Shown one piece after another: positions 51,786-61,815 of a DNA stretch of 64,000 nt. The notes below the pieces were generated by a model. The model was not told the origin of the DNA. It searched no databases and was given only the letters and a program-made list of their open reading frames with translations. The stretch spans positions 1,536,001 through 1,600,000 of the forward strand of contig CAVSCK010000004.1 of the NCBI GenBank assembly GCA_963726455.1, given 5' to 3'. Numbering within the stretch: position 1 is the stretch's first letter; every line of letters starts with the position of its first letter. A program made the position numbers and the translations under genes. Source of the DNA: an uncultured bacterium. Lineage in GTDB: Bacteria; Zixibacteria; MSB-5A5; CAIYYT01.

Positions 51786-53777
51786 TCACTTCTTGCCTTT
51801 GAGGTAGCGGTCAAACCACTTCTTGAACCATTCCAGCCGCGCCAATCGGCGATCCGGTCGGCCGCAGCGCGATAGTCCATGCGGTTCATCGGGGAACCGA
51901 ATTAATTCTACCGTTCTGCCGAGCATCTTGAGGGCGATGAACATTTGTTCGGCCTGCTCGATCGGACAGCGAAGGTCGTTCTCCGAGTGGGAGATCAGAA
52001 GCGGTGTCCGGACATTCTTGATATAAGTCAGCGGCGACATCCGGCGATAGCCATCGGGGTTGCTTTGGGGAGTGCCGAAGATTTCTTTCGAAATGTTGAA
52101 ACCGATGTCCGACGATCCGAACATGGACGCGATATTGACTACCGATCGCTGCGAGATCGCGGCTTTGAAGCGATTGGTGTGCGTTACGATCCAGTTGGTC
52201 ATATAGCCACCATAGCTGCCACCCGTGACACCCATCTTCTTTCTGTCGATATAAGGTTGCTTCTCCATGTAGTCTGCAAACGCCATGCAATCGTCAAAGT
52301 CGACGGAACCCCAGTTGTTGGTAATGGTGTCTGCATGTTTCTCGCCATAACCCTGCCCACCTCGGATGTTGGCGAAATAGACCACGTAACCCTGGGCGGC
52401 GAGAAATTGAAATTCGTGGAAGAAGGTATTGCCGTACTGCACGCGCGGGCCGCCATGGATCTCCAAAACTGACGGGTACTTTTTCCTCGCAACAAAATCA
52501 GGTGGCTTCACAATCCAGGCGTGAATCGGATATCCGTCATGTGCTTTGACGATCAACTCTTCCGGTTTGACGATGCTTAGTTCATCGGTCAGCTTTTTGT
52601 TGAGAGTCGTCAGGCGTTGTAGTTTGGCTCTGCCACTGAGATCACACAGGTGTAATTCTGCGGGCATAGTATGATTGGAAACGACCAGCGCCGCTTTGTT
52701 CACCCGACCAGCTAGCGATGCACCCATTATGTGCAACTTTCCCGTCACCACCGGCTCAATTTTGCTGCCGGAACTTGTCACGCGGTAAAGGTGCGTGGAA
52801 CCGGCGTCTGACAAGACGAAATAGATATGGCGTCCATCAGGAGACCAGTGCAACAGGCCGCCTTCATGACCTTCAACAGTGTCGGAGATAGTCATGTCCC
52901 AGGCCATTCGGTCAAGTTTCTTAATCAGATCAACGGGCTCGCCGCCGCGCACGGGGACCTTCCAGACATGATAGTTGGTGACGCCCCAGGAATCATTGGG
53001 ATTGGCATGACCCAGATAAGCGATGAACTTGCCGTCCGGGGAGAATTGCTGCTTGGCGACCGGGCCGGTAGGCGTGGGAATCCGGCGCGCTTTGCCGCCG
53101 CCGGCAGGCATCACAAACAGATCTTGCAGGTCGGAGTCAACGTCGAAATTCCTCTGGATATTGGTAACGTATACGATCCACTTGCCATCAGGCGAATAAG
53201 CAGGAGATTCCTTGTCGCGGCCACCGCGAGTAAGCTGAGTGCCTTTGCCGTCCGCAACATCGAACACCCAGATTTGTCCTTCTTCCTTCGGGAAGAAACC
53301 GTAGTTGTCCATCTTGTAGAAGAGCCGGGTGATGTGCCGATAGACGGGGGCTTCCTTCTTGCCGTCCTTGTCTTTGGGGACTTCGTCTGCCTGCCGAAAG
53401 ACGCCGAGAATCTTCTTCGAATCAGGCGAGAATGATAGCTGCGAGATCGAGCCATCCTTTTCGACCAGGAGTTTGGCCTCGCCGCCATGGCGCGGCATAA
53501 TATACAGCCCCTTCTTGTCGCCACGTTTGGAGGTGAAGGCAATCCACTTGCCGTCAGGTGAGAACACCGGGTGCGAATCGGAGACTTCGCCGAAGGTGAA
53601 CTGGCGCAGGTTGGCGCCGTCGACATTGATCATATAGATGTGCGAGAAGTATTTCTTCTTGTCCTCCGCCACGGTTTTGACCGTGAATGCGATTTCGGTC
53701 TCGTCGGGCGTGATGGCAACACTTTCGATGAATTTGAGCTTGAGCAGATCGGAAGCGGTGATTTTGCGTTTTTTCAT
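51786..53777 (-). CDS. S9 family peptidase (acylaminoacyl/dipeptidyl peptidase)
   Basis: PD40/beta-propeller repeats, IHGGP, GGSYGG, DLRC, EPHGL catalytic triad. Confidence 0.95.
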   Translation of the reverse strand: MKKRKITASDLLKLKFIESVAITPDETEIAFTVKTVAEDKKKYFSHIYMINVDGANLRQFTFGEVSDSHPVFSPDGKWIAFTSKRGDKKGLYIMPRHGGEAKLLVEKDGSISQLSFSPDSKKILGVFRQADEVPKDKDGKKEAPVYRHITRLFYKMDNYGFFPKEEGQIWVFDVADGKGTQLTRGGRDKESPAYSPDGKWIVYVTNIQRNFDVDSDLQDLFVMPAGGGKARRIPTPTGPVAKQQFSPDGKFIAYLGHANPNDSWGVTNYHVWKVPVRGGEPVDLIKKLDRMAWDMTISDTVEGHEGGLLHWSPDGRHIYFVLSDAGSTHLYRVTSSGSKIEPVVTGKLHIMGASLAGRVNKAALVVSNHTMPAELHLCDLSGRAKLQRLTTLNKKLTDELSIVKPEELIVKAHDGYPIHAWIVKPPDFVARKKYPSVLEIHGGPRVQYGNTFFHEFQFLAAQGYVVYFANIRGGQGYGEKHADTITNNWGSVDFDDCMAFADYMEKQPYIDRKKMGVTGGSYGGYMTNWIVTHTNRFKAAISQRSVVNIASMFGSSDIGFNISKEIFGTPQSNPDGYRRMSPLTYIKNVRTPLLISHSENDLRCPIEQAEQMFIALKMLGRTVELIRFPDEPHGLSRCGRPDRRLARLEWFKKWFDRYLKGKK

Positions 53778-53868
53778 AATGACTCCTGAGGCAAATCGGT
53801 TTGCCGCCTGGCTATACAGACTTACAGTTCAGGTATACGGCGGTGACGTTGATTTGACAAACTAAATA

Positions 53869-54429
53869 TCAGGTGAGATGCCCGACCACGATATTGATTC
53901 CGATCGCAATCAGGATCAGTCCGCCCAGCAATTCCATGCGTTTGCCGAAGCGCGCACCCAGAGTGCGGCCGAACAGCATGCCAACGGCAGTCATTGCTGC
54001 GGCGACGATTCCGATGATGACGCTGGGATATAGTATCGAGACTTTGAGAAACGCCATACTCAGTCCGACAGCCAAAGCGTCGAGACTCGTGGCGATGGAC
54101 AGCATAATCAGCGACAGTTTGCGCGTGGGATCGGACATCGCTTTTTCAGCCCCATCATGTCGCCAGGATTCGCGGATCATTTTGATGCCGATGTAGGCGA
54201 GCAAAATAAATGCAATCCAGTGATCGTAGTGCTGAATATAACGGGCAACCTGGCTGCCCACGAGCCAGCCGATGATCGGCATCAAGAACTGGAACAGGCC
54301 GAAGTGAAACGATAGGCGAAACAGCCGTCGCGCCGTCAGCCGTTCCAGGCGGGAGCCCACGGCAATTGAGACGGCAAAGGCATCCATCGCAAGTGCGAGC
54401 GCGAGGCCGAGTATCGTTAGTAAATTCAT
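53869..54429 (-). CDS. mntP: Manganese efflux pump MntP
   Basis: [28 protein letters not shown]. Confidence 0.93.
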   Translation of the reverse strand: MNLLTILGLALALAMDAFAVSIAVGSRLERLTARRLFRLSFHFGLFQFLMPIIGWLVGSQVARYIQHYDHWIAFILLAYIGIKMIRESWRHDGAEKAMSDPTRKLSLIMLSIATSLDALAVGLSMAFLKVSILYPSVIIGIVAAAMTAVGMLFGRTLGARFGKRMELLGGLILIAIGINIVVGHLT

Positions 54430-54659
54430 GCGTCAGCCGGCGCACTCTGCCGGTGAAATTGTCGGTGTCGGGACGGAATTCATCCGGCGAAGATAGACAG
54501 TCGGCCCGAAAGAAAAAAGCACATTCGAGAGACAATGGCGATTCGCCGATGTATAACTATAGATGACAGTCAAGCACGGCACAGAAAGCGCTTGACCAAG
54601 GCGCCCCAAGGGTGCTATTCTGATAATTGACATCTCACTTGATTCCGAAGGAGACATTC

Positions 54660-55367
54660 GTGAAAAGAGCCCTGATTGCGTTAGTTATTCTTTTGCTTCC
54701 AATTTGCCTGTTTACAGTAGTACACGCTCAATCCCTCCACTCATTGAATACCGTGAACGTCGGTGCTTCCGCCACTGTAACCACGGCCAAGGAATTTCAA
54801 GAGAGCGGACAGGGCGACGTGCAGATTCATCTTAACGGCGGCAAGGATAAGGCGATCATCGGGGCTACTAATACTCTCGAAATATGGATTGGCAACGGCG
54901 CCAAGCTCGTGGGCATGAGCGTCGGCTTTGAAGTGAAATCAGTGGCCGCCTTTCGTTGGCTGCAACCGTATGGCACCGCCCCGGCCAGCAACCCGCTGAT
55001 CAAGGAAGAAGGCGATGTCAATGGCGCTTTTGATTTCGGGGGACTGAAGATCAAGCGCGCGGCGGCACCCAGTGCCACTGTTGACTCTCTCCTGTTGGGA
55101 GGAGCCGCCTCGGAGACAGGGTTGCCAAAGCACAAGAAACTGACTCTTTGTTACTCCCTGCAATTCAGAATTCCGTCCTCTGAGACAGCCGCTCCGGGTG
55201 GATTCTGCGTAAAGGACATCTTTGTACCTCCGGCGGGAAGCTGGACATTCAATGACGGCGCCGGTTACACTCCGAATTTCCAGGGACGGCCAGTACTTGA
55301 AGCTCAGAGACCGAACGCTCCGGCTGCCTGTTTTGATATCGTCAAGCAACAGGAAACCGGGAAATAG
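54660..55367 (+). CDS. Secreted protein, paralog of 55560-56372 without the dockerin
   Basis: AAGGAG RBS with GTG start, signal peptide; shares EIW, PYG, FDxGGL, FxDG..YxPNF and PxAPAxCF blocks with the next gene. Confidence 0.7.
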   Translation: MKRALIALVILLLPICLFTVVHAQSLHSLNTVNVGASATVTTAKEFQESGQGDVQIHLNGGKDKAIIGATNTLEIWIGNGAKLVGMSVGFEVKSVAAFRWLQPYGTAPASNPLIKEEGDVNGAFDFGGLKIKRAAAPSATVDSLLLGGAASETGLPKHKKLTLCYSLQFRIPSSETAAPGGFCVKDIFVPPAGSWTFNDGAGYTPNFQGRPVLEAQRPNAPAACFDIVKQQETGK

Positions 55368-55559
55368 CAGCCGCGAGAGAACTGATGCGCGATAAGGCGG
55401 GGATTCCCTGCGCGTGTAGCCCGCGAATTTCCACATAAACCGCTTGCCTTATATTTGCTGTAATAGCATATTGCCTTCGTAGACAACAATATCCAAAGCT
55501 GCACTGTTGAGGACAACAGCGGTCGCTCTTTGTCTGCTTGTTTACAGGAGGGTATCTTC

Positions 55560-56372
55560 ATGAAATCTCGAGTAATGATTGCCGGCACGATGCTTCTTCT
55601 TGCTTTGCTCTTAACATCGCCGGTCATGGCAAATGGAAACGGTAATGTGACTATCAAACTCAACACGAATCTGCCATCCCCGCTGCAAAACATATTGCTG
55701 GTAGACGAATGGAACATGATCGAAATCTGGGTGCAGAACGATGCTCCCCTATATCAAATTTCTCTCGGCTTCAAGCTTGACAACTCTTCCATTGACTCGG
55801 TGCGCTTTCGGACTCCTTATGGAAACCGGCCAATCGGCGGGCCATACTACATTCAGGAGTATGGAGATGCTGTCAACAAATTCGATGTTGGTGGCCTGCA
55901 AGTAACCTTCAGCGAGCGGTTCGACTCTCTTTACATCTCGGGAATTGCCCAGAATGCGCCACTGCCAGCGCACAATTCCTCGACCAAGGTCTATGACTTG
56001 GCTGTGTGGGTATTTGGACAGCCATGGATGTCCGGTGAGAAGTTTGCATGCATCGACAACATCGTATTCCGGTCAGATGGACAATGGTTGTTCGATGATG
56101 GCACTCCTTATGCGCCGAACTTCGCAGGCCAGCCGAACAGCAGTCCGGACAACCCGGATGCTCCAGCGGAATGTTTCACGCTTACTTTCGGCTGCAAAAC
56201 CTGGGGTGATGCCAATGGCGATTGCCTTTGCGATATCTCTGACGCCGTCTTCTTGATTGCCTACATTTTTAGTGGCGGACCGGGGCCCGGGCCTTATGGA
56301 GACGTCAACTTCGACGGCTACGTTGACATTTCCGATGTGGTAGGGGTTATCGAATACATTTTCGGCAAGTGA
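55560..56372 (+). CDS. Secreted protein with C-terminal dockerin type I-like domain
   Basis: Signal peptide; duplicated EF-hand-like GDANGD..DISDAV and GDVNFDGYVDISDVV. Confidence 0.8.
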   Translation: MKSRVMIAGTMLLLALLLTSPVMANGNGNVTIKLNTNLPSPLQNILLVDEWNMIEIWVQNDAPLYQISLGFKLDNSSIDSVRFRTPYGNRPIGGPYYIQEYGDAVNKFDVGGLQVTFSERFDSLYISGIAQNAPLPAHNSSTKVYDLAVWVFGQPWMSGEKFACIDNIVFRSDGQWLFDDGTPYAPNFAGQPNSSPDNPDAPAECFTLTFGCKTWGDANGDCLCDISDAVFLIAYIFSGGPGPGPYGDVNFDGYVDISDVVGVIEYIFGK

Positions 56373-56628
56373 TCGCGCCATACCGCCCAATCTGATGTGA
56401 AGACAGGCGAGATTTCGACCCCGGACAAAGTTTGGCCTCCTCCAACAACCCTGGAGCGGTGCCTGCAAACTCGCACCTGCTCTAATCTTCAGCCGTGTTT
56501 TGCCGCTAAATCGCACGAATGGACAGGGATTTAGCGCAGAGTTTTGCCCTCCTTTGACGCCATTTCAACATATCTAAAGCCGGACACTTTCGGGCTAATT
56601 ATCGCTCCTCCGGCAGGCGAAAAATCGG

Positions 56629-56657
56629 TTGACAAAGACTCGGGCAGGGCTTAATAT
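56629..56657 (+). promoter_or_regulatory. Sigma70 promoter TTGACA-N17-TAATAT
   Basis: Near-consensus hexamers upstream of the FadL-like gene. Confidence 0.55.
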
Positions 56658-56801
56658 TCAAAACCTGTTTACGCAAGTTTGGGGGGATTTGCGTCTCATA
56701 TGTGGGAGGAATAGTAGGAAGATTGTCAATCAGTTAACGCCCATTTCACACAACATTGACCAAGAAACTTATAACTTGTGGCTTTCAATACGGAGAGGAT
56801 A

Positions 56802-58262
56802 ATGGAATTTAGGAGAGTTGCGCTTCTGACGCTGATAGTCGTAGTGCTCTTATCCGGAGTTGTCCTGGCAGGAGGATGGCAGTATCCGGAGATCGGCGCC
56901 AGGGCAAAGGCCATGGGAGGCGCCTATCGCGGCATAGCGGATGATGGTGAAGGTGGCTATTACAATCCGGCCGGACTGGCATTCACAAAGCAAGATATTA
57001 TCAATTTGACCGCCGAGGTCACGACACCAAGGCCAACTGTGACACCGAACTATCAGGCCAACGGCTACGAGTTCGGCTACCTTGACGGGCAGAAACGTTA
57101 TCCCAAGGATAACAGCTATCTGATGGGCGAGGGATCGATCTTCTTCCACCCGAAGAAGAACGATAAGCTGGTGCTGGGACTCGCATTTTATCAGACTTAC
57201 GACCAGAATGCCGATATGAATCTGTTTCAGTTGTCCCCTGCGTACAACAGCACGAAGCAGTTGTCTGATCGAAATCACCACTCGAATTTCGATGTCATCA
57301 CTTTTCAGCCCACTGCAGCGATGAAGTTTTCGCAGGATCGGCTGGCGGTCGGGCTGGGAATTCAAATCAATCGCGGTGACATTTTCGTCGATCAGATTCG
57401 TTTGCTGAACAATCCGTACCCCTACCCTCTCGATATCAGACCGTACGACAAGTTCCCCGAGCTCTATTCGGTAGACGGATTCGGTTATGGAGTGGGCGTC
57501 AACGTCGGAGTTCAATATAAAGCCAGCCCCAAGTTGACAATCGGCGCCAATTATATCTCGTCGTCGAAGATCAAAATGGACGGGGCATCGGAAGAGAATA
57601 TCTATTTCCCAAATAATTCCGCGATAGCTCACATGTACCAGGATCCTCTTTCCAATGCCTTTCAGAAGGAAGTGGACAGCACGTTCAAAGGCAGCCAGAT
57701 TGGGGCCTCAAGCGACTTCGCAGTTGAAATGAAGCTGCCGTCGGAGTTTGGCGTCGGGATGTCGTATCGCTCCAACGAGAAGACACTGTTTGCCTTCGAC
57801 GTCGTCTACACAAGATGGTCGGAATTCCAGGATTTCCAGATCAAATTCACGAATCGCAAGTACGACGGCGCCTACTTTGACACGTGGAGAGCACTGTTCT
57901 CGGACGTTGCCGTTCCGTTCCAGTGGAAGAACACGGTGAGGATCAGCGCCGGCATGGAGAAGATCGTAAACGAACGGTGGACGCTGCGCGGCGGCTACAT
58001 GTTCGATCCATCGCCGATTCCCGATGAGACTCTGAACGAACTGTTTATGGACCCCGGCACCAAGCATCACTTTAACGCCGGCGCCGGATTCAAACTTAAC
58101 GACAAGATTTCGTTTGATGCAGGGCTGGAGCTGGTTGTGTTCGGCAGCCGGACGGTCAGCACTCTTGCCGATGTCAATCATGATGGGTACTGGGACAATT
58201 TTGGTGGGAAGTTCAGCAACATGAGCTTCAACACGGCCTGGGCCCTTAACTACAGGTTTTAG
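56802..58262 (+). CDS. OmpP1/FadL family outer-membrane transporter
   Basis: GARAKAMGGA..YYNPAGL, WSEF, LRGGYMFDPSP, terminal YRF. Confidence 0.88.
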   Translation: MEFRRVALLTLIVVVLLSGVVLAGGWQYPEIGARAKAMGGAYRGIADDGEGGYYNPAGLAFTKQDIINLTAEVTTPRPTVTPNYQANGYEFGYLDGQKRYPKDNSYLMGEGSIFFHPKKNDKLVLGLAFYQTYDQNADMNLFQLSPAYNSTKQLSDRNHHSNFDVITFQPTAAMKFSQDRLAVGLGIQINRGDIFVDQIRLLNNPYPYPLDIRPYDKFPELYSVDGFGYGVGVNVGVQYKASPKLTIGANYISSSKIKMDGASEENIYFPNNSAIAHMYQDPLSNAFQKEVDSTFKGSQIGASSDFAVEMKLPSEFGVGMSYRSNEKTLFAFDVVYTRWSEFQDFQIKFTNRKYDGAYFDTWRALFSDVAVPFQWKNTVRISAGMEKIVNERWTLRGGYMFDPSPIPDETLNELFMDPGTKHHFNAGAGFKLNDKISFDAGLELVVFGSRTVSTLADVNHDGYWDNFGGKFSNMSFNTAWALNYRF

Positions 58263-58275
58263 GTGAGGTGCAGAG

Positions 58276-59468
58276 ATGAAATCGATATATGGATTAATCG
58301 TGATATTGCTGGCGGCACTGATAATGTTCGTCGGCGGCTGTGCCAAACGCAGTAATCCGGCCGTTCCGGATGCTCCGCCGGCCGGTTGGGTGTTTGAAGC
58401 CGATCATCAGTATGCCGGCCTTTCAGACAGCGTAGCTTTCAGCGGTGGTTTCCTGTCGCGTCGAGTGATGATTTACACCCCGGCGGGCTATGGCGACCAG
58501 ATGGTGGGCGACCGTTTTCCGGTGCTCTACTTGCTTCCGGGTTACGACGGCGAACCATCATTCTATTATCAGTATGGCAATGAACTATATTCCATGGCCA
58601 GCAGCGTCCAGCAGGTCGCGGACAAATTGATCGCCGACGGCGAGATCAAGCCAATGATCATCGTTATGCCCGACGCTTCGATTCCTTATGGCGGTTCCTT
58701 CTTTGCGAACTCGTCATTGATCGGGAAATGGGAAGACATGATGGCGCGGGAGCTTGTGACATACGTCGACAGCCCGAATAAGTCGGGGCTGCGTACCTGG
58801 TTGACAAGGAGTCTCGTGCGATATCGGGACATTCCTCCGGCGGTTATGGCGCTATCAGAATCGCAATGAAGAACAGCACGCTTTTCAATTCCGTGTCGGC
58901 CACCGATGCGCCGTTGGCATTTGCCGGTGACGGATCGTTCAAGGGCCTGCAGGAGTTGTTCACCCCCTATCTTTCCGAAAACGGAATCACAACTGATTCG
59001 GCGTTTGAGGCGGCTGATACTCTCGGGTTCCGCCCCGGCCATCCTTACAAGATGTTGATCTATTCTCTGGCCGCGACGTACTCGCCTACCGGCAAGACCG
59101 CTCAAAGTGGCCTCGGTAGTCTGAGAATAGAGCTGCCGTTCAACTACCAGGGAAATCTGGTGGAGTCTGTCTGGAGCCGTTGGATGGCGAACGACCTGTA
59201 TACATGGCTCGACAATTCGACCTACCGTGACGCGCTCAATGGACAGAACATTTATCTGGAGAGTTCGGATCATGATGTCAACCTGTTCAATCGGCAAACG
59301 CAGTTGTTCGAGCAGAAGTTGACGTCGCTGGGTATTAGCTATACTTCGGCTACGTTTACCAAGTACGATGGTTATAATGCCCAATCGCGTTCGTTCCTTT
59401 ACGATCGTTTGGCGTACATCCTCAAGTTCCACGACAAATATCTAAAGGACCGAAACGGAAAGTTCTAA
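58276..59468 (+). CDS. Lipoprotein esterase (alpha/beta hydrolase), frameshifted near 58800
   Basis: Lipobox GGC, IYTPAGY, FPVLYLLPG; ISGHSSGGYG nucleophile elbow in the downstream frame. Confidence 0.8.
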
Positions 59469-59476
59469 GAACGCCG

Positions 59477-59509
59477 GAATGCCGAGCCAAAAGCTCGGCA
59501 TTCTTGTTT
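59477..59509 (+). terminator. Intrinsic terminator
   Basis: gaatgccgagc/gctcggcattc 11-bp stem followed by TTGTTT. Confidence 0.75.
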
Positions 59510-59521
59510 ATGGGGACAAAG

Positions 59522-60256
59522 ATGAGCGAAGATAGTCAATACGATCTTATAGCAGTTGGCGCGCATCCTGATGACGTGGAGGTCGGCACCGGCGGCGTGT
59601 TGTTGAAGATGGCGCAGGCCGGCTACCGCACAGGCATCATTTATCTTACCAAGGGCGAAATGGGTACCGGTGGTACGCCGGAAATTAGGGCAGGTGAGGC
59701 ACTGGCTGCGGCACAGATATTGAAAACCGATCTGCTGGAAACGCTTGATTTGGGCGATACGCGGTTGATGGACTCGCCCGACAGCCGCAACACGGTCGCT
59801 GCCCTGCTGAGGAAGTATCGACCGAAAATCGTCCTGGCGCCGTGGCCACGTGGTGGACATGGCAAGCGCGCATCCCATGCCGATCATCTGGCTGCGGGTA
59901 ACATCGTAGTTAATGCGTGCAATTACGCGACCCTCAGGAAACTTCCGATTTCCGGTGAGCCGTTTCGGGTGCCGGCGCTATTTCACTTCTTTCTGCCGCT
60001 GGAAGAAACGCCGACGTTCGTGGTTGACATCACGAAACAGTTTGACGGTTGGATTGCCGCTCTGAGCGCGCATGAATCGCAATTTCTGAATCCGGATAAG
60101 CCGCGGACACCCGACTACTTGTGGTCGCTGGAGACCATGGCTCGCAGCTACGGATCGATGATCGGCGTCAAATATGGCCAGGGATTCAAAATCGGTGAGC
60201 CGCTGGGTATTGATGACTTATTTTGCCTGCTAAGCGGAGAACGGGCGAAACATTGA
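59522..60256 (+). CDS. bshB1: PIG-L family deacetylase (BshB1-like)
   Basis: AHPDDVE, LTKGEMGT, HADH, FVVDIT, AHESQF. Confidence 0.75.
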   Translation: MSEDSQYDLIAVGAHPDDVEVGTGGVLLKMAQAGYRTGIIYLTKGEMGTGGTPEIRAGEALAAAQILKTDLLETLDLGDTRLMDSPDSRNTVAALLRKYRPKIVLAPWPRGGHGKRASHADHLAAGNIVVNACNYATLRKLPISGEPFRVPALFHFFLPLEETPTFVVDITKQFDGWIAALSAHESQFLNPDKPRTPDYLWSLETMARSYGSMIGVKYGQGFKIGEPLGIDDLFCLLSGERAKH

Positions 60257-60340
60257 TTACCTGACATCGTTTGATCATGTCGTGGGCAAGAAGCTGTAGA
60301 TATCCCCTCTCGTATCGTCGGATCAACACTCTTTACAGAA

Positions 60341-60378
60341 GAAACGCGCCGTCAGGCATTCCCTAACCTGACAGCGCC
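60341..60378 (-). terminator. Terminator of the cupredoxin gene
   Basis: gcgctgtcagg/cctgacggcgc stem followed by GTTTC on minus. Confidence 0.55.
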
Positions 60379-60408
60379 TATTCTACTGTTCATGTTTCAT
60401 AACCGTTG

Positions 60409-60786
60409 TTAATCGGATGTGACTGTGTGACCGATGGCGTCGTCGTTAGTCCAGATTACCGTGGTACCGACGTTGACCGTCACGGTCGGAAGAGCGAAAT
60501 TCATAATAGTGACATTGAGTTGCGTGGCCGACCCGCCGGCAACAACCGTTATCGTGCCGCGCATCGATGGATGCACAGTGCAATGATACGGGAAAGTCCC
60601 TGCCTTCGCAAAAGTGTGCGAAAAGGTTCCATTCTGGCTTATCAACGGTGAATTCAATTCGGGACCGTTGCCGCCACCACCACCACTGTTGTTCGGACTG
60701 TTGGAACTGCTGCTACTACAACCCGCGAGGGCAGCCGCCATCAATAAGGCCGTAAGCAGAATCCAAGTCGATCTGTGCCTTAGCAT
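60409..60786 (-). CDS. Cupredoxin (plastocyanin/amicyanin-like) lipoprotein, circularly permuted
   Basis: Lipobox LAGC; YHCTVHPSM ligand loop precedes GTTVIWTNDDAIGHTVTSD. Confidence 0.85.
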   Translation of the reverse strand: MLRHRSTWILLTALLMAAALAGCSSSSSNSPNNSGGGGGNGPELNSPLISQNGTFSHTFAKAGTFPYHCTVHPSMRGTITVVAGGSATQLNVTIMNFALPTVTVNVGTTVIWTNDDAIGHTVTSD

Positions 60787-60862
60787 AATTACCTTCCTTT
60801 CCAGCCAATTTGAAGACGGCCGGATGATTACGCCCCCATACACCGTCTATGTTGTCGATAAT

Positions 60863-60887
60863 AACAGCGCCTGCCTAACGATGTTCC
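60863..60887 (-). promoter_or_regulatory. Putative ECF promoter GGAAC-N17-GTT upstream of the cupredoxin
   Basis: Same motif as upstream of sodA and the ECF sigma gene. Confidence 0.4.
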
Positions 60888-60930
60888 GGGAATTTGATGT
60901 ATCGGGTAATTCTTCTACAGTATTTTTCGC

Positions 60931-60965
60931 AAAAAGAACAGGGGCGGCCAAATGGCCGCCCCTGT
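60931..60965 (-). terminator. Intrinsic terminator of sodA
   Basis: acaggggcggcca/tggccgcccctgt stem followed by TCTTTTT on minus. Confidence 0.85.
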
Positions 60966-61014
60966 GCATATTACGAAAAGCCGGTCGCAAACAGGGATTT
61001 CCGGCTCCGTGTTC

Positions 61015-61644
61015 CTACCTCGTCACCTTTTCACGCGTCTGGTGCCTGGCGGCGGCGAAGTTCTTGTTCACTTGATCCCAGTTGATCACGTTGAAGAAAG
61101 CCGCGATGTAATCCGCCCGCCGATTCTGATACTTGAGATAGTAAGAGTGCTCCCAAACATCGATGGTAAGTAACGGCGTTTTGCCCTGTGACAGCGGCGA
61201 GTCCTGGTTTTGCGTGGTCATGATTTCCAGATTGCCGCCGGCTTCAACCAGCCAGGCCCAGCCGGAACCAAACAGTCCGGCAGCGGCGGCGCTGAACGAT
61301 TCTTTGAATTTGTCGAAGCTTCCGAACTGGGCGTTGACGGCGTCGCCGATGTCGCCGTGGAGTCGCACGTCCCGTTTCAGCAGGGACCAGAAGAAATTGT
61401 GATTGATCACGCCGCCGCCGTGATTGCGTACGGCATTGCGAATGGCCTCAGGAATGCTGCTGAGATTTATGATCAAGTCTTCAGGGGACTTGGCCTGCAG
61501 GTCGGGATTGTTGGCAATGGCTTCGTTAAGCTTGTTCACGTAAGTCTGATGATGCTTATCGTGATGAAACGTCATCGTTTCCTTGTCGATATACGGTTCA
61601 AGCGAATCGTACGCGTAAGGTAGTGGCATCAATGTGTATGGCAT
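61015..61644 (-). CDS. sodA: Superoxide dismutase, Mn/Fe family (Mn-type signatures)
   Basis: [30 protein letters not shown]. Confidence 0.93.
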   Translation of the reverse strand: MPYTLMPLPYAYDSLEPYIDKETMTFHHDKHHQTYVNKLNEAIANNPDLQAKSPEDLIINLSSIPEAIRNAVRNHGGGVINHNFFWSLLKRDVRLHGDIGDAVNAQFGSFDKFKESFSAAAAGLFGSGWAWLVEAGGNLEIMTTQNQDSPLSQGKTPLLTIDVWEHSYYLKYQNRRADYIAAFFNVINWDQVNKNFAAARHQTREKVTR

Positions 61645-61681
61645 GTTGATCCTCCGTTATGATATTAGTTTTGCTCTATGC

Positions 61682-61706
61682 AACAACGCTTTGTCGAGTT
61701 TGTTCC
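61682..61706 (-). promoter_or_regulatory. Putative ECF promoter GGAAC-N17-GTT upstream of sodA
   Basis: GGGGAAC-aaactcgacaaagcgtt-GTTG on minus. Confidence 0.45.
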
Positions 61707-61815
61707 CCTGCCACCCATTACCTATAGTTAGATACGAGTTGAACACACTGCTATTTGAGAGGGAAAGAGGTCCGGCATAGCACCGGCAAAAGCTCATGGA
61801 CGGGAAGCCAGTGAG

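Noticed and set aside
54430-54620. yybP-ykoY manganese riboswitch upstream of mntP
   Set aside because: Expected from context, but the characteristic GGGGAGUA..GAGACC-type elements were not visible on the minus strand.
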